Assembly: GCA_964505425.1 (NCBI GenBank)
Contig: CAZDHX010000004.1
Location: 17,722-81,721 of the forward strand
DNA from: an uncultured Dehalococcoidales bacterium
GTDB taxonomy: Bacteria; Chloroflexota; Dehalococcoidia; Dehalococcoidales; BS750m-G39
Length of the DNA: 64,000 nucleotides
Direction of reading: 5' to 3'
Part shown: piece after piece, positions 1-9,105 of the stretch
Position numbering within the stretch: the first letter of the stretch is position 1
How the letters are laid out: every line of letters starts with the position of its first letter
Position numbers and translations under genes: made by a program
The notes under the pieces: model-generated
What the model was told of the DNA's origin: nothing
What the model saw: the letters and a program-made list of their open reading frames with translations, nothing else
Database searches by the model: none

Positions 1-817
1 ACTCACAGTGTCTCATCCCTTCGTCTAGAAACTCAGCAACCACTACCCCCCCAGATTCTTCAATCAACTTGGGAACAACATAGTCGCCCACGCCTAATAC
101 GTGACCGGCCAGAAGTAGCCTGGGCGCCTCCTCAGGGAAAGGACTCTTGCCTTTTTGCAGCTCTTCATACAGCTCATTGAGTTTCGGCAGTAGCTTCTCC
201 GGGTCGCCATAGAAGGAATAGTGATTTAGCCGAATGAAGTCGGCACCGCCTATAGGTGGTGGCTGCTTCTTTCTTAACAGATTAATCTTGCTCAGGAGGT
301 CTCTAATCCTATTAATGGAGTCAGTTGATTCCTTGAGTTTTTGGTCTGATACTTTATTGCCGGTGAGGGCTTCCAGCTTCTGCTTCAGCTGAATTAGCCC
401 CTTATAATAGTAGTCCCGGGAGAGTGATTTTTCCCAGTCAGGTGGAATGCCCAGCCTTACCGTCGGTAATTTAAAGTATTCGAACAGGTCGGCTAACCTC
501 GACTCGTGACAATCACTGCATTGCACCACTATAAGGTCAAGCATTGGCACCACGGGGTCTATGCCTAAAAGGTGATATCCAATTTGCGACCTGGCATAAG
601 GGCTCGTGAAACGCAGCATGTAAGGTATTACTGCATCCGGGGGTTCAGGCTGTCCCCCTCTGCAGAGCAAATAGGGTAGTGCTCCAGAGGCGTAGATTAA
701 CTCCTCAGGAACAAACCTGCCTATATAGCCAACTATTTTAGCCCCCTTTTCCCTCCGTTCTTTTAGCTTTTCCGGTCGGGTGCGGGCAATTTGCGCCAGC
801 TCTCCGAGTGTATCCAA
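1..817 (-). CDS. 2-hydroxyacyl-CoA dehydratase / benzoyl-CoA reductase B-C subunit family protein. Only the N-terminal ~272 codons are present; the C-terminus runs off the left edge.
   Basis: This ORF is not in the supplied track because it runs off the edge. My own reverse-strand translation is LDTLGELAQIARTRPEKLKERREKGAKIVGYIGRFVPEELIYASGALPYLLCRGG...LLLAGHVLGVGDYVVPKLIEESGGVVVAEFLDEGMRHCE. It parallels the N-terminal half of the 58769..59923 product (KVVGYFCTYEPEEVLYAANVLPVRILGG ... FVIEDHCTGSRY). The start is tentative (TTG at 815-817); there is no in-frame ATG. Confidence 0.7.
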   Translation of the reverse strand, partial: MDTLGELAQIARTRPEKLKERREKGAKIVGYIGRFVPEELIYASGALPYLLCRGGQPEPPDAVIPYMLRFTSPYARSQIGYHLLGIDPVVPMLDLIVVQCSDCHESRLADLFEYFKLPTVRLGIPPDWEKSLSRDYYYKGLIQLKQKLEALTGNKVSDQKLKESTDSINRIRDLLSKINLLRKKQPPPIGGADFIRLNHYSFYGDPEKLLPKLNELYEELQKGKSPFPEEAPRLLLAGHVLGVGDYVVPKLIEESGGVVVAEFLDEGMRHCE

Positions 818-957
818 GGCTTTCGTCCCCCGTTTAGTAATATTGCTACTGGTTAAGTTAATACTTTCAGTCAGTCCTGTCAAAGGCGGCAAGAATAAGC
901 CCTTGTTGGGACAAGCGGATTTATGATAGTATCTTGTCAGTAAGACGGAGGTCAAGA

Positions 958-2919
958 ATGGAGCCTAGAATCGGAGTCTATATCTGCCATTGTGGCAGCA
1001 ACATCGCCGGCACGGTTGATACCGCGGAAGTCGCCCGTTTTGCCGGAGAGCTGGAGGGGGTGGTGGTTGCCCGTGATTATAAGTTTATGTGCTCCGACCC
1101 CGGTCAGGAATTAATCAAGAAGGACATCAAGGAGCTGGGGCTTAACCGGGTGGTGGTTGCCTCCTGCTCGCCGACAATGCATGAGCCGACCTTCCGCCGC
1201 GCCTGCCAGGAGGCGGGGGTAAACCCTTATTTCTTTGAGATGGCTAATATCCGGGAGCACGTCTCCTGGGTAACCGAGGACAGGGAGGCGGCTACCGAGA
1301 AAGCCAAGGCATTGGTCAGCGCCGCCGTGAGGCGGGTCTATTACCACCAGCCGCTGGAGGCGAGGGAGGTTCCGGTTAACCCAAATACCCTGGTGGTGGG
1401 CGGGGGGATTGCCGGCATTCAGGCGGCACTCAAAATTGCCGACTCGGAGCATAAGGTCTATCTGGTGGAGAGGACGCCCAGCATCGGGGGGCATATGGCA
1501 CAGCTGGACAAGACCTTCCCCACCCTGGACTGCTCGGCGTGCATCTTAACTCCTAAGATGACGCAGGTTGGCTCCCACCCCTTTATTGAGCTCTTGACCT
1601 ATAGCGAAATAGAAGAGATCTCCGGCTATATCGGCAATTTCAAGGTCAGGATAAAAAAGAAGGCACGGTATGTCGACGAAGACCTCTGTACCGGCTGCGG
1701 GGTGTGTCAGACCAAATGCCCGTGGAAGGTAGATAGCGAGTTTGAGGTCGGCTTGAGCAAGAGGAAGGCAATCTATACCCCCTTCCCCCAGGCGGTGCCC
1801 AATATTCCCGTCATTGATAAGGAGCACTGCGCCTATTTCTTGAGCGGCAAGTGCCGCGCCTGCGAAAAATTCTGTGAGGCGAAGGCGATTGATTTTGAGC
1901 AAAAAGATAAGATAATTGAGGTTGAGGTTGGCTCCATAATCTTAGCCACCGGCTTTAACCTGTTTGACCCTACGCCTATATATCCTTATGGATATAAGAG
2001 ACTGGACAATGTTATCACCAGCCTTGAGTTTGAGAGGATGGTCAACTCCTCCGGCCCCACCGATGGCAATATCGTCCTCAAGGACGGCTCAGCGCCGAGG
2101 AGCATCGGCATCATTCACTGCGTGGGCAGCCGGGACGAGAAGTACCACGAGTATTGCTCCCGTGTCTGCTGTATGCATTCCATGAAGTTTGCCCATCTGG
2201 TACGGGAGCATATGCCCGAGACCGAGGTCTATGAGTTCTATATTGACATAAGGAGCTTCGGCAAGGGCTATGAGGAATTTTATAATAGGGCTCTTAAGGA
2301 GGGGACGGTCTTTATCCGTGGGCGTCCTGCTGAGATAACCAATGTCGCCGAGATGCCGGAGGAGAAGGGCAAACTTATCGTCCAGTTTGAGGATACGCTC
2401 ATTGGGAAGAAGCGGCGACTGCCGGTGGATATGGTCGTTCTCAGTTGCGCCCTTGAGCCGCAGCCGGACGTTGAGGCGGTCGCTCGCCTGTTCAATATCA
2501 GCCGCAGCGCCGATGGCTTCTTCCTGGAGAGGCACCCCAAGCTGGAGCCGGTATCTACCATGACCGACGGCATATTTTTAGCCGGCTGCTGCCAGGGTCC
2601 CAAGGATATACCGGATACCGTTGCTCAGGCATCAGCGGCGGCGGCTGAGGCGCTGGCGATAATCAGCCGGGGGAGGGTGGAGATTGAGGCGGCTACCGCC
2701 GTAATTGATGAGAGAATCTGCTCTGGCTGCCAGGTCTGTAAGCTCGTCTGCCCCTATAATGCCATTGACTATGATGCCGAGAAGGGGGTTTGCCGGGTCA
2801 ACGAGGCGCTGTGCAAGGCTTGCGGCGCCTGTATCGCCGCCTGCTTCAGTCATGCGGTGAGCCTTGACCACTTCACCAATGAGCAAATCGTGGCTCAGAT
2901 GGAGGGGGCGCTGGTTTAA
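958..2919 (+). CDS. hdrA: Heterodisulfide reductase subunit A-like flavoprotein (HdrA)
   Basis: N-terminus RIGVYICHCGSNIAG, FAD fold LVVGGGIAGIQAAL, and several CxxCxxCxxxCP motifs (CTGCGVCQTKCP, CSGCQVCKLVCP, CKACGACIAAC). Length is about 654 aa. I prefer the ATG at 958 with GGAGG 7 nt upstream over the TTG at 934 used in the track. Confidence 0.85.
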   Translation: MEPRIGVYICHCGSNIAGTVDTAEVARFAGELEGVVVARDYKFMCSDPGQELIKKDIKELGLNRVVVASCSPTMHEPTFRRACQEAGVNPYFFEMANIREHVSWVTEDREAATEKAKALVSAAVRRVYYHQPLEAREVPVNPNTLVVGGGIAGIQAALKIADSEHKVYLVERTPSIGGHMAQLDKTFPTLDCSACILTPKMTQVGSHPFIELLTYSEIEEISGYIGNFKVRIKKKARYVDEDLCTGCGVCQTKCPWKVDSEFEVGLSKRKAIYTPFPQAVPNIPVIDKEHCAYFLSGKCRACEKFCEAKAIDFEQKDKIIEVEVGSIILATGFNLFDPTPIYPYGYKRLDNVITSLEFERMVNSSGPTDGNIVLKDGSAPRSIGIIHCVGSRDEKYHEYCSRVCCMHSMKFAHLVREHMPETEVYEFYIDIRSFGKGYEEFYNRALKEGTVFIRGRPAEITNVAEMPEEKGKLIVQFEDTLIGKKRRLPVDMVVLSCALEPQPDVEAVARLFNISRSADGFFLERHPKLEPVSTMTDGIFLAGCCQGPKDIPDTVAQASAAAAEALAIISRGRVEIEAATAVIDERICSGCQVCKLVCPYNAIDYDAEKGVCRVNEALCKACGACIAACFSHAVSLDHFTNEQIVAQMEGALV

Positions 2920-3785
2920 TACTCGCTGGAGACAAAATTTTTAATCTGAGCGTAGCTGAAAACCGGTCCGTCGCGGCAGACAAAGATATTGCCGATGTTG
3001 CACCGCCCGCACTTGCCGATGCCACACTTCATCCGCTTTTCTAAGGTGGTGAGCATCTGCTCCGGGGTAAAGCCCAGCTTTTCCAGCACGGGGAAGGTAA
3101 AGCGTATCATAATCGGCGGCCCGCAGACGATAGCCACCGCGTTATTGGCGGAGGGGGCTACCTCCTCCAGTATCTTGGGCACCACCCCCACCTTTCCCTT
3201 CCAGCTTTCATCCCCCCTATCAACGGTGGTGACGAATTTTATCGTCTTGTCCTTACCCCAGGCATCAAGGTCATACTTGAAGCACAGGTCAGCGGGGGTG
3301 CGGGCGCCATAGACAATATCTATATTTTTATATTTCTTCCGGTTATCTATCACATTCCAGATTAGAGAACGGAGTGGGGCAAGACCAATGCCGCCACCGA
3401 CGAAAACAAGATTTTTCCCCTGTAAGAAATCAAGGGGAAAACTGTTGCCGTAGGGTCCTCTAAAACCAATCTCGGCGCCGACGCCGAGGCGATGCAGGGC
3501 GTTGGTTACCCTGCCCACCCTCTGTACCACGAACTCCAGGTGGTCGCGGCGGGTGGGGCTGGAGGAGATGCAGAAGGGGGCTTCGCCGACGCCAAAGACG
3601 GAATACTCGCCGAACTGCCCTGACTCAAAGCTGAACTCCTTCTGCAGTTTCGTGTCCTTGAAATTAAAATGAAATGTCATGATGCCGGGCGTCTCTTCAA
3701 TTATCTTTTCTATAACCGCTACGTGAGGCAGATAGACATTATTCTGGGCTAAGAAATTGCTTGGCTTGATATTGGTGGTCGTCAT
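2916..3785 (-). CDS. FAD/NAD(P)-binding oxidoreductase with a C-terminal 2Fe-2S site (FlxA / AsrB / sulfhydrogenase-gamma-like)
   Basis: Ferredoxin-reductase-type fold (RxYS-like SSSPTR, GGGIGLAPL) and a C-terminal CGIGKCGRCNIGNIFVCRDGP motif. Its start overlaps the upstream gene's stop by 4 nt. Confidence 0.75.
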   Translation of the reverse strand: MTTTNIKPSNFLAQNNVYLPHVAVIEKIIEETPGIMTFHFNFKDTKLQKEFSFESGQFGEYSVFGVGEAPFCISSSPTRRDHLEFVVQRVGRVTNALHRLGVGAEIGFRGPYGNSFPLDFLQGKNLVFVGGGIGLAPLRSLIWNVIDNRKKYKNIDIVYGARTPADLCFKYDLDAWGKDKTIKFVTTVDRGDESWKGKVGVVPKILEEVAPSANNAVAIVCGPPIMIRFTFPVLEKLGFTPEQMLTTLEKRMKCGIGKCGRCNIGNIFVCRDGPVFSYAQIKNFVSSEY

Positions 3786-4813
3786 TTTTCTACCTTTGCC
3801 TTAGCCGGCACGCTATTTATTACCTGCGTAATATCCCAGTTCACCGGGCAGAGGCGGATGCACCTGCCGCAGCCGGTGCAGGCGATTACATCAAAATTCA
3901 TGGGGTAGAACTCGTATTTATGGCATACCTTCTGCCTTACCCGCCGCCATTTCTCGGCTCTGGGGTTCTCCATGGGCATCTTGGTATAGACGGAGAAGCC
4001 GCAGCTATCCCAGCTCCGGAACCTCGTTCCCTCCTGCCCGACCACCTCGTCGTTGATATCAAAGCAGTAGCAGGTGGGGCAGAGCAGGGTGCAGATGCCA
4101 CAGCTGATGCACTTGGCGGCTACCCTCTCCCAGAATTCCTGATCGTCAAAGCTGGCTTGCAGCTTATCCCCAATGCCCTCGGTGTTTATCTTTCGGCTGA
4201 CCTTATCGTAAGACGCCTTTCTGGCTTCTCTGGCTTTAGCCTCGTCGTTCTTGGTGGCTGCTTTCAAGCCGGTGGTCTTAGCCATTAGCTCCTTCCCCTT
4301 GGCGCTGATTTCGTTAATCAGGAACTCATCACCGATATCGGTGAGCATGAGGTCAACGTCCTCGGACTCTGCCGGGCTGATGCCCATTGAGGTACAGAAG
4401 CAGCTCTCGCTGGGGTTCATGCACCCCAGCCCGACCAGTACGGCACTATCCCTTCGGGAGAGGTAGTAGGGGTCCTTATATAAATCCTTAAAATTGGCGT
4501 CTATTATCTTCAATGCCCGGGCATCGCAGGGGCGTATGCCGAAGATTAACTGCTTGGCTCCGTCTTGAGGCAGTTCTATCTTATAGCCTTCCTTATCTTT
4601 CTGGAAGCGGAACATCTCCTCCATGGGGGGAAGAAAATTAGCCTTGGGGGGGACAACCGTGTTCCGGTACCAGTCCAAAAAGCCGGTGTCTTTGCCATCC
4701 CACTCGGCCATAGTAGCCACGCCACTCTCTCTTGACGGAACGAAAACGTCAAACTGCTGTGCCCACTGGTTGAGCAGTTTGGCTATATCCTTCTTATTTA
4801 TCTTCTTGGCCAT
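3782..4813 (-). CDS. 4Fe-4S dicluster protein (FlxB / AsrA / sulfhydrogenase-beta-like)
   Basis: Motifs CISCGICTLLCPTCYC and CTGCGRCIRLCP. The N-terminal region is typical of the AsrA/HydB family (PPKANFLPPMEEMFRF). 343 aa. Confidence 0.7.
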   Translation of the reverse strand: MAKKINKKDIAKLLNQWAQQFDVFVPSRESGVATMAEWDGKDTGFLDWYRNTVVPPKANFLPPMEEMFRFQKDKEGYKIELPQDGAKQLIFGIRPCDARALKIIDANFKDLYKDPYYLSRRDSAVLVGLGCMNPSESCFCTSMGISPAESEDVDLMLTDIGDEFLINEISAKGKELMAKTTGLKAATKNDEAKAREARKASYDKVSRKINTEGIGDKLQASFDDQEFWERVAAKCISCGICTLLCPTCYCFDINDEVVGQEGTRFRSWDSCGFSVYTKMPMENPRAEKWRRVRQKVCHKYEFYPMNFDVIACTGCGRCIRLCPVNWDITQVINSVPAKAKVEK

Positions 4814-4815
4814 TT

Positions 4816-5763
4816 CTACCTGAAGAACTCCTCAGCCTCTTCTTCTTCATAGTGGGTCATCAGAGGGAGGGCGTCCTTGTCCATGCCGGCTTTGAACTGG
4901 AAAAGCTCGCCGACAATATCGTACATTTCCCTGGTCAAGCTTCTCAGCGGGATATTCACCGGGCAGGCGCGCTCACACTCGCCGCAGTCAGTACACCTGC
5001 CGGCGACGTGGAGATTCCTTGTAATCTGGAATATCAGGTTGTCCTGCCAGCGCGGCGCCGGTAAAACCCACTGTGGCTCGGTCTCCTCAACGAAGCACCG
5101 CTGGCAAAAGCAGGCGGGGCAGACATTTCGGCAGGCGTAGCAGCGGATACAGCGGCTAAATTCCTTTTCCCAGAACGCCCACCTCTGCTCCGGGGTCATC
5201 TGCTTTAATTTTGCAATCCTCTCCTGAGCCACCGGGTTAGCTAGGGGAGGGCTTGGCTCGCCGAGAAGGATGTCATATTCTTTCGGGGTGGGGAACTCGC
5301 AGGCAAGGCAGTGGTCAAAGAGGACTTCTGTAACGGGGAAGTCCTTTTTCTGACCGTCGGTCTTTATGGTTACCTTATTCCCTTCCCGGGTAATATCGCC
5401 CAGCTCATCCCTGTCTTTACCCGCCAGCCTTTCTATCTTGCCGAGGTCGATAACGCCGGTGCAGGGGACGCCCAGAATGACCAGGTTTTCTCTGGCTACC
5501 TTGTTATCCTGTATCAGGCTGACCACGGAGCGGCTATCACAGCCCTTGACCACGATGCCGATTCTACCCTTTATCCCGATAAGGAAATCGGCTAGGTTAT
5601 TGGCGATAAAGGGATTGATTACCAGGCGTCCGGCGTCGTTTTTATACTTGGTGATGAGGGGGGTGGTGGTAAATTTCAGGCTCCCTGATTCAAAGCCAAT
5701 AATCCAGTCAACCTTGTCCTGCTCCAGTAGCGCCTTAGCCTCGCTTCTCAGTTTTTGCTCCAT
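4816..5763 (-). CDS. Iron-sulfur protein (FlxC-like, FrhB/HydB-related)
   Basis: Motifs CIRCYACRNVCPACFC and CTDCGECERACP. It sits between the MvhD-like and AsrA-like genes. Confidence 0.6.
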   Translation of the reverse strand: MEQKLRSEAKALLEQDKVDWIIGFESGSLKFTTTPLITKYKNDAGRLVINPFIANNLADFLIGIKGRIGIVVKGCDSRSVVSLIQDNKVARENLVILGVPCTGVIDLGKIERLAGKDRDELGDITREGNKVTIKTDGQKKDFPVTEVLFDHCLACEFPTPKEYDILLGEPSPPLANPVAQERIAKLKQMTPEQRWAFWEKEFSRCIRCYACRNVCPACFCQRCFVEETEPQWVLPAPRWQDNLIFQITRNLHVAGRCTDCGECERACPVNIPLRSLTREMYDIVGELFQFKAGMDKDALPLMTHYEEEEAEEFFR

Positions 5764-6214
5764 CTCCCTGTCTTTCTGCGAAAAGTTGATTAGGCCCGAC
5801 CTCTTTTACCCCCTTGGTCACCTCAGTGACGACATCAGCGAATTTTCCGGCTTCTGAGGCTGAGACCCAGCTTGCCTGGAGCCTCTGCGGCTTGACGCCG
5901 AGGTACTCAAGGAAACGCTTGGTTATGGCGATTCTTCTGCGGGCGCGGTAATTCCCCGTTTGATAGTGGCACTCGCCGGGATGGCACCCGGAGACGAGCA
6001 CGCCATCAAAGCCCAGACGCAGCGCCTTGAGGATAAACAGCGAGTCCACCCTGCCTGAGCAGGGCACCTTTATTATCCTTATGTTGGCGGGATACTTCTT
6101 GCGGCTGGTTCCAGCCAAATCAGCGCCGGCGTAGCTACACCACTTGCAGAGAAAGCCGACCAGCTTTGGTTCCCATTCTGTTTCTGGCTTCATAAAACCG
6201 AGCCATTTTATCAC
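5735..6214 (-). CDS. mvhD: MvhD/FlpD-like hydrogenase delta-subunit family iron-sulfur protein (FlxD-like)
   Basis: Motifs FLCKWCSYAGADLAG, VPCSGRVD and GCHPGECHY are typical of the MvhD family. The start may instead be the internal Met at 6193. Confidence 0.8.
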   Translation of the reverse strand: MIKWLGFMKPETEWEPKLVGFLCKWCSYAGADLAGTSRKKYPANIRIIKVPCSGRVDSLFILKALRLGFDGVLVSGCHPGECHYQTGNYRARRRIAITKRFLEYLGVKPQRLQASWVSASEAGKFADVVTEVTKGVKEVGPNQLFAERQGDGAKTEKRG

Positions 6215-6262
6215 AAGTGGTGGAGTAGCATCAAGGATGTGATATTGCTATACTGGAGTGGT

Positions 6263-7285
6263 ATGAAAACTGGCGATTTTGATTACGAGCTTCACCCTGA
6301 GCTTATTGCCCAGACCCCGCTTGAGCCGAGAGACCACTCCCGGCTCATGGTCATTAAGCGGGGCGATGGCTCAATAGAGCACCGCCGCTTTTTTGAACTC
6401 GTTGATTTTTTGCGCGCCGGAGACGTCCTGGTGTTTAACGATAGCCGTGTCATCCCGGCTCGGCTCAGCGGAAGGAAGGCGGATACCGGGGGTAAGGTCG
6501 AGCTTTTACTGCTCCACCGCCTTGGCGAGGCTCGCTGGGAGGCGCTGGTGAAGCCGGCGAAGAGAATCGCTGTCGGCACCAGGATTGAGATTGAGGGCGG
6601 GAATAAGACTCTGGCTGAGGTAATCGGGGTAGGGGAGGACGGGACAAGGCTTATAAATTTTTCTGACGAAGCACCGCTACCGCAGCTGGGCAGGGTGCCG
6701 CTACCGCCGTATATCAAGAGCCCTCTGGCTGACCCGGAGCGTTATCAGACAGTCTACGCCCGGGTTTCAGGCAGCGCCGCTGCCCCCACCGCCGGGCTTC
6801 ACTTTACCCCGGAGTTGCTTCAGGCGATAGAGCAGAAGGGGGTTCATATGCTCTTTGTTTCTCTCCATGTCGGGCTGGATACCTTCCGTCCCGTCAAGGA
6901 GGATGACCCCCTCAAGCACCCTATACATAAGGAATATGGAAATTTAAGCCCGGAGGTTGCCACCGAGCTTTCACAGGCTAAGGCTGAGGGGCGGAGGGTG
7001 ATTTGCGTCGGTACCACCACGGTAAGGCTGGTCGAAACTGCCGCCCAGGGCGGAGATTCGGCCAAAATTCAGCCCTTTGAGGGGTGGGCGGATTTGTTTA
7101 TCTTGCCTGGATATCAGTTCCGCATAGCTAGCGGCATGATAACCAACTTTCATCTCCCCCGCTCAACGGTGCTGATGCTGGCTTGCGCCTTTGCCGGCAG
7201 GGATTTTATAAAGAAGGCGTATCAGGAGGCTATCTCACAACGATACCGCTTCTATAGCTTTGGCGACGCCATGCTGATTTTATGA
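6263..7285 (+). CDS. queA: S-adenosylmethionine:tRNA ribosyltransferase-isomerase
   Basis: Motifs DFDYELHPELIAQTPLEPRDHSRLMV, PTAGLHFT, VGTTTVR and FYSFGDAMLI. I prefer the ATG at 6263 over the GTG at 6239. Confidence 0.9.
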   Translation: MKTGDFDYELHPELIAQTPLEPRDHSRLMVIKRGDGSIEHRRFFELVDFLRAGDVLVFNDSRVIPARLSGRKADTGGKVELLLLHRLGEARWEALVKPAKRIAVGTRIEIEGGNKTLAEVIGVGEDGTRLINFSDEAPLPQLGRVPLPPYIKSPLADPERYQTVYARVSGSAAAPTAGLHFTPELLQAIEQKGVHMLFVSLHVGLDTFRPVKEDDPLKHPIHKEYGNLSPEVATELSQAKAEGRRVICVGTTTVRLVETAAQGGDSAKIQPFEGWADLFILPGYQFRIASGMITNFHLPRSTVLMLACAFAGRDFIKKAYQEAISQRYRFYSFGDAMLIL

Positions 7286-7306
7286 TATATTAGACAAAGG
7301 GGCAGT

Positions 7307-8872
7307 ATGGAAAGGCAGTATAAATACCAGGCGGATATTTCCCCGCGTTATAATATAACCACCAAGCTGGTGGATGAGATGGTGGAAAAGGGGCTGGGCG
7401 ACAAGGTGGCGGTATACTACCAAGACAAGACCTATACCTACCGTGAAATGCAAAGCCTGATAAACAGGGTGGGCAACGCGCTAAAAATTCTTGGGGTGCA
7501 CGTGGAGGAGCGGGTAATCCTGGTCATGTATGATTCCCCGGAGGCGATGGCTAGCTTCTTCGCTGCCATAAAAATCGGGGCTATTCCAGTGCCGGTTAAC
7601 TACATGTACACCATGGACGACTATCGCTATCTGCTGAACAACAGCCGCGCCCGAACCGTTATTGCCAATGGGGATTTTATTGAGGAGATTGAAGGCTTTA
7701 AGGAGAAGTTCCTCTATCTTGAGAACACTATCGTCGTCGGCGAGAAGGGAAGGGCTTATCATATCCCTTTCCATGACATTGTTGACCGCTGTTCCGATAA
7801 ACTGGATGCCGCTTATACCATCTTTGAGGATGCCGCTTTCTGGAATTATACCTCCGGCAGTACCGGTGTTCCCAAGGCGGCAGTCCACCTTCAACATGAT
7901 GTTTTCACCTGCATTGACAGCTACGCCAAGGGTATCCTGGGCATTAACCAGGACGATATACTCTTTTCGGCATCAAAGTTCTTCTTTGCCTACGGATTGG
8001 GCAATAGCTTTATTTATCCCCTGGCTACCGGCGCATCGGTAGTCCTGCTCCCGGACAGACCCCGCCCCAAGACCATATTCTCCACCATCCAGCGCTACCG
8101 CCCCACGGTGTTTTTCGGCGTACCAACGCTCTATGCCAATATGCTGGAGGTAAAGGACGCTGAGAAAGAATACGACCTCTCCTCCCTGCGTATCTGTACC
8201 TCAGCCGGCGAAGCCCTGCCCAAGGAGATATTTTACGAGTTTAAGGAGAGATTTGGGCTGGAAATTTTGGATGGCATCGGCTCAACCGAGCTGTTGCACA
8301 TCTTTATCTCCAACCGCCCCAGCGACATCAAGCCGGGAAGCTCGGGTAAACTGGTGCCGGGATACCGCGCCCGGATTGTTGATGATAACGGCAAGGAAGT
8401 GCCCGATGGGAAGATCGGTACTCTGCAGGTAGAGGGAGAATCGGTGATGGCTTATTACTACCGCCATCACGATAAGACGAGGACCTCCATGTTAGGGGAG
8501 TGGTTTGATACCGGAGATAAGTATTACCGAGACGTGGATGGTTACTACTATTACCGCGGCAGGGCTGATGACATGCTCAAGGTGGGAGGGATATGGGTCT
8601 CACCTATCGAGGTTGAGGATACTCTGATTTCCCACCCGGCGGTGCTCGAAGCAGCAGTGGTGGCCAAACACGACGAGCATTACCTGATCAAGCCTAAGGC
8701 TTTCGTCGTGCTGAGAAAGGGTTATAAGCCATCCGAGGAACTGGCTAAGGATATTCAGGCCTTCGTCAAGAAGAGCATAGCACCTTATAAGTATCCTCGG
8801 TGGATAGAGTTCATTAAAAAACTTCCCAAGACCGCAACCGGCAAGATACAGCGTTACAAGCTAAGAGATTAG
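7307..8872 (+). CDS. Aromatic acid-CoA ligase of the benzoate / 4-hydroxybenzoate-CoA ligase family
   Basis: AMP-binding motifs YTSGSTGVPKAA, GEWFDTGDKY and PKTATGKIQR. The N-terminal region (NRVGNALKILGVHVEERVILVMYDSPE..FFAAIKIGAIPVPVN) resembles BadA/BclA/HbaA-type ligases. 521 aa. Confidence 0.75.
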   Translation: MERQYKYQADISPRYNITTKLVDEMVEKGLGDKVAVYYQDKTYTYREMQSLINRVGNALKILGVHVEERVILVMYDSPEAMASFFAAIKIGAIPVPVNYMYTMDDYRYLLNNSRARTVIANGDFIEEIEGFKEKFLYLENTIVVGEKGRAYHIPFHDIVDRCSDKLDAAYTIFEDAAFWNYTSGSTGVPKAAVHLQHDVFTCIDSYAKGILGINQDDILFSASKFFFAYGLGNSFIYPLATGASVVLLPDRPRPKTIFSTIQRYRPTVFFGVPTLYANMLEVKDAEKEYDLSSLRICTSAGEALPKEIFYEFKERFGLEILDGIGSTELLHIFISNRPSDIKPGSSGKLVPGYRARIVDDNGKEVPDGKIGTLQVEGESVMAYYYRHHDKTRTSMLGEWFDTGDKYYRDVDGYYYYRGRADDMLKVGGIWVSPIEVEDTLISHPAVLEAAVVAKHDEHYLIKPKAFVVLRKGYKPSEELAKDIQAFVKKSIAPYKYPRWIEFIKKLPKTATGKIQRYKLRD

Positions 8873-8936
8873 CGCTTTACTTTGGGCTCTACCCTTTGCA
8901 AAGGGCGGGCTTTCCAGCTAAAATAGGTATAATTGG

Positions 8937-9012
8937 GCGGGAGTAACTCAGTTGGCAGAGTCCCTGCCTTCCAAGCAGGTTGTCGCGGGTTCGAGTCCCG
9001 TCTCCCGCTCCA
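8937..9012 (+). tRNA. tRNA-Gly (anticodon UCC), CCA encoded
   Basis: Hand-folded cloverleaf: acceptor gcgggag/ctcccgc, D stem actc/gagt, anticodon stem cctgc/gcagg with loop cttccaa, T arm gcggg-ttcgagt-cccgt. 76 nt. Confidence 0.9.
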
Positions 9013-9105
9013 CTCCCCACAATTTATCCCTGATACAGTAGCTCGAACCACTAGCAGGTGTGCACTCTCAGATGTCTTGAAGGCTTAGAACTTCCTTTGC
9101 TTATG

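Noticed and set aside
1111-2886. Several 70-150-aa ORFs overlapping hdrA on the antisense strand or in alternative frames (1111..1494, 1546..1902, 2089..2535, 2280..2603, 2632..2886 and others). Similar shadow ORFs occur inside nearly every long gene in the track.
   Set aside because: They lie entirely within long ORFs that have clear family motifs. They have no RBS, and their products are Arg/Pro/Ser-rich low-complexity sequence typical of shadow frames in GC-rich coding DNA.
8928-8933. TATAAT hexamer just upstream of tRNA-Gly, considered as its promoter
   Set aside because: It ends only 3 nt before the mature tRNA 5' end and no acceptable -35 element is present. It is likely chance in an AT-rich patch.
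8869-9051. 60-aa minus-strand ORF
   Set aside because: It overlaps the well-folded tRNA-Gly (8937..9012). It is an artefact of the tRNA sequence.
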